In this document: piece by piece, positions 63,738 to 64,000 of the stretch
Layout of the letters: every line of letters begins with the position of its first letter
Position numbering within the stretch: position 1 is the first letter of the stretch
Assembly (NCBI GenBank): GCA_021779665.1
Contig: JAJYAG010000001.1
Coordinates: 67,396 to 131,395 of the forward strand
DNA length: 64,000 nt
Source: Bacteroidota bacterium
GTDB lineage: Bacteria > Bacteroidota > Bacteroidia > Bacteroidales > JAAUTT01
Direction: 5' to 3'
Made by a program: the position numbers and the translations under genes
The notes under the pieces: model-generated
What the model saw: the letters and a program-made list of their open reading frames with translations, nothing else
Told to the model about the DNA's origin: nothing
Database searches by the model: none

Positions 63738-63810
63738 GATTCAGTAGCTCAGCAGGTAGAGCACATCCCTTTTAAGGATGGGGTCCTGGGTTCGAATCCC
63801 AGCTGAATCA
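63738..63810 (+). tRNA. tRNA-Lys (anticodon UUU)
   Basis: 73 nt, folded by hand. Acceptor gattcag/ctgaatc, D arm gctc-agcaggta-gagc, anticodon arm catcc-cTTTTaa-ggatg, variable loop gggtc, T arm ctggg-ttcgaat-cccag, discriminator A. No encoded CCA. Confidence 0.95.
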
Positions 63811-63811
63811 C

Positions 63812-63836
63812 AACCCCGCCGAAAGCGGGGTTTTTT
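63812..63836 (+). terminator. Intrinsic terminator after the tRNA
   Basis: Sequence ccccgc-cgaaa-gcgggg followed by T6. Confidence 0.8.
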
Positions 63837-63937
63837 GTTTTATGTACCTCCAAAACAAATTCAAAATCCGATAGGGTATTTTTGGATCAGTCGGAAAAGT
63901 TGGGGGAGAATAAATAAAGTATTTTCTTTGCACTCCT

Positions 63938-64000
63938 ATGGAACATCAAAGAGAAGAATCGAATCTATTAAATGCTTTTTTGCCTAAAGGCATTCTTGAA
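63938..64000 (+). CDS. Start of an ORF running off the right edge (21 codons: MEHQREESNLLNAFLPKGILE)
   Basis: ATG at 63938, open to the window end. The NAFLPKGILE pattern is reminiscent of N-termini of some Bacteroidota transposases, but there is too little sequence to assign it. Confidence 0.25.
   Translation, partial: MEHQREESNLLNAFLPKGILE

Noticed and set aside
63778-63987. 69-aa plus-strand ORF
   Set aside because: It starts inside the tRNA-Lys T-arm and reads through the tRNA terminator hairpin. It is not a plausible gene.

Overview
This is a dense, almost fully coding 64-kb chromosomal segment with Bacteroidota hallmarks: a SusC/RagA-type receptor, CarboxypepD_reg blocks, TAnnTTTG promoter boxes and many lipoproteins. 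A Marinilabiliales/Prolixibacteraceae-like source is inference only. I can support about 62 CDS. Two are partial at the window edges, one is interrupted by an in-frame TAG, one 54-aa gene is missing from the ORF track, and several are re-started at internal ATGs. There is also one tRNA-Lys(UUU), several intrinsic terminators, two promoter boxes, a palindromic operator pair, and several families of intergenic hairpin word-repeats that abut stop codons. I see no rRNA, CRISPR/cas, prophage or clear IS; a possible mobile-element ORF starts 128 bp after the tRNA at the right edge.

The most interesting locus is 42788-50449 (minus strand). A SusC-like TonB-dependent barrel there has no recognisable Plug domain. 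It is followed, instead of a SusD, by a 1551-aa alpha-2-macroglobulin with an intact CFEQ thioester and a complete CarboxypepD_reg+Plug cassette in its middle. I read this as a candidate two-polypeptide transporter/protease-trap system; to my knowledge this arrangement has not been described.

Other notable loci:
- A tightly coupled RDD/SpoIIM-like/DUF4129/DUF4350/MoxR/DUF58 cluster of unknown function.
- A PurF homologue with Ser in place of the catalytic Cys1.
- A 19-Cys copper-storage-like protein.
- An orphan MCP.
- An mprF-DUF998-virJ-like operon.
- A TetR/LolA-like/FtsX/ABC/OMP export cluster.
- A gpx-ohrR operon with upstream palindromes.

All family calls come from motif reading and memory. 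No searches were run.
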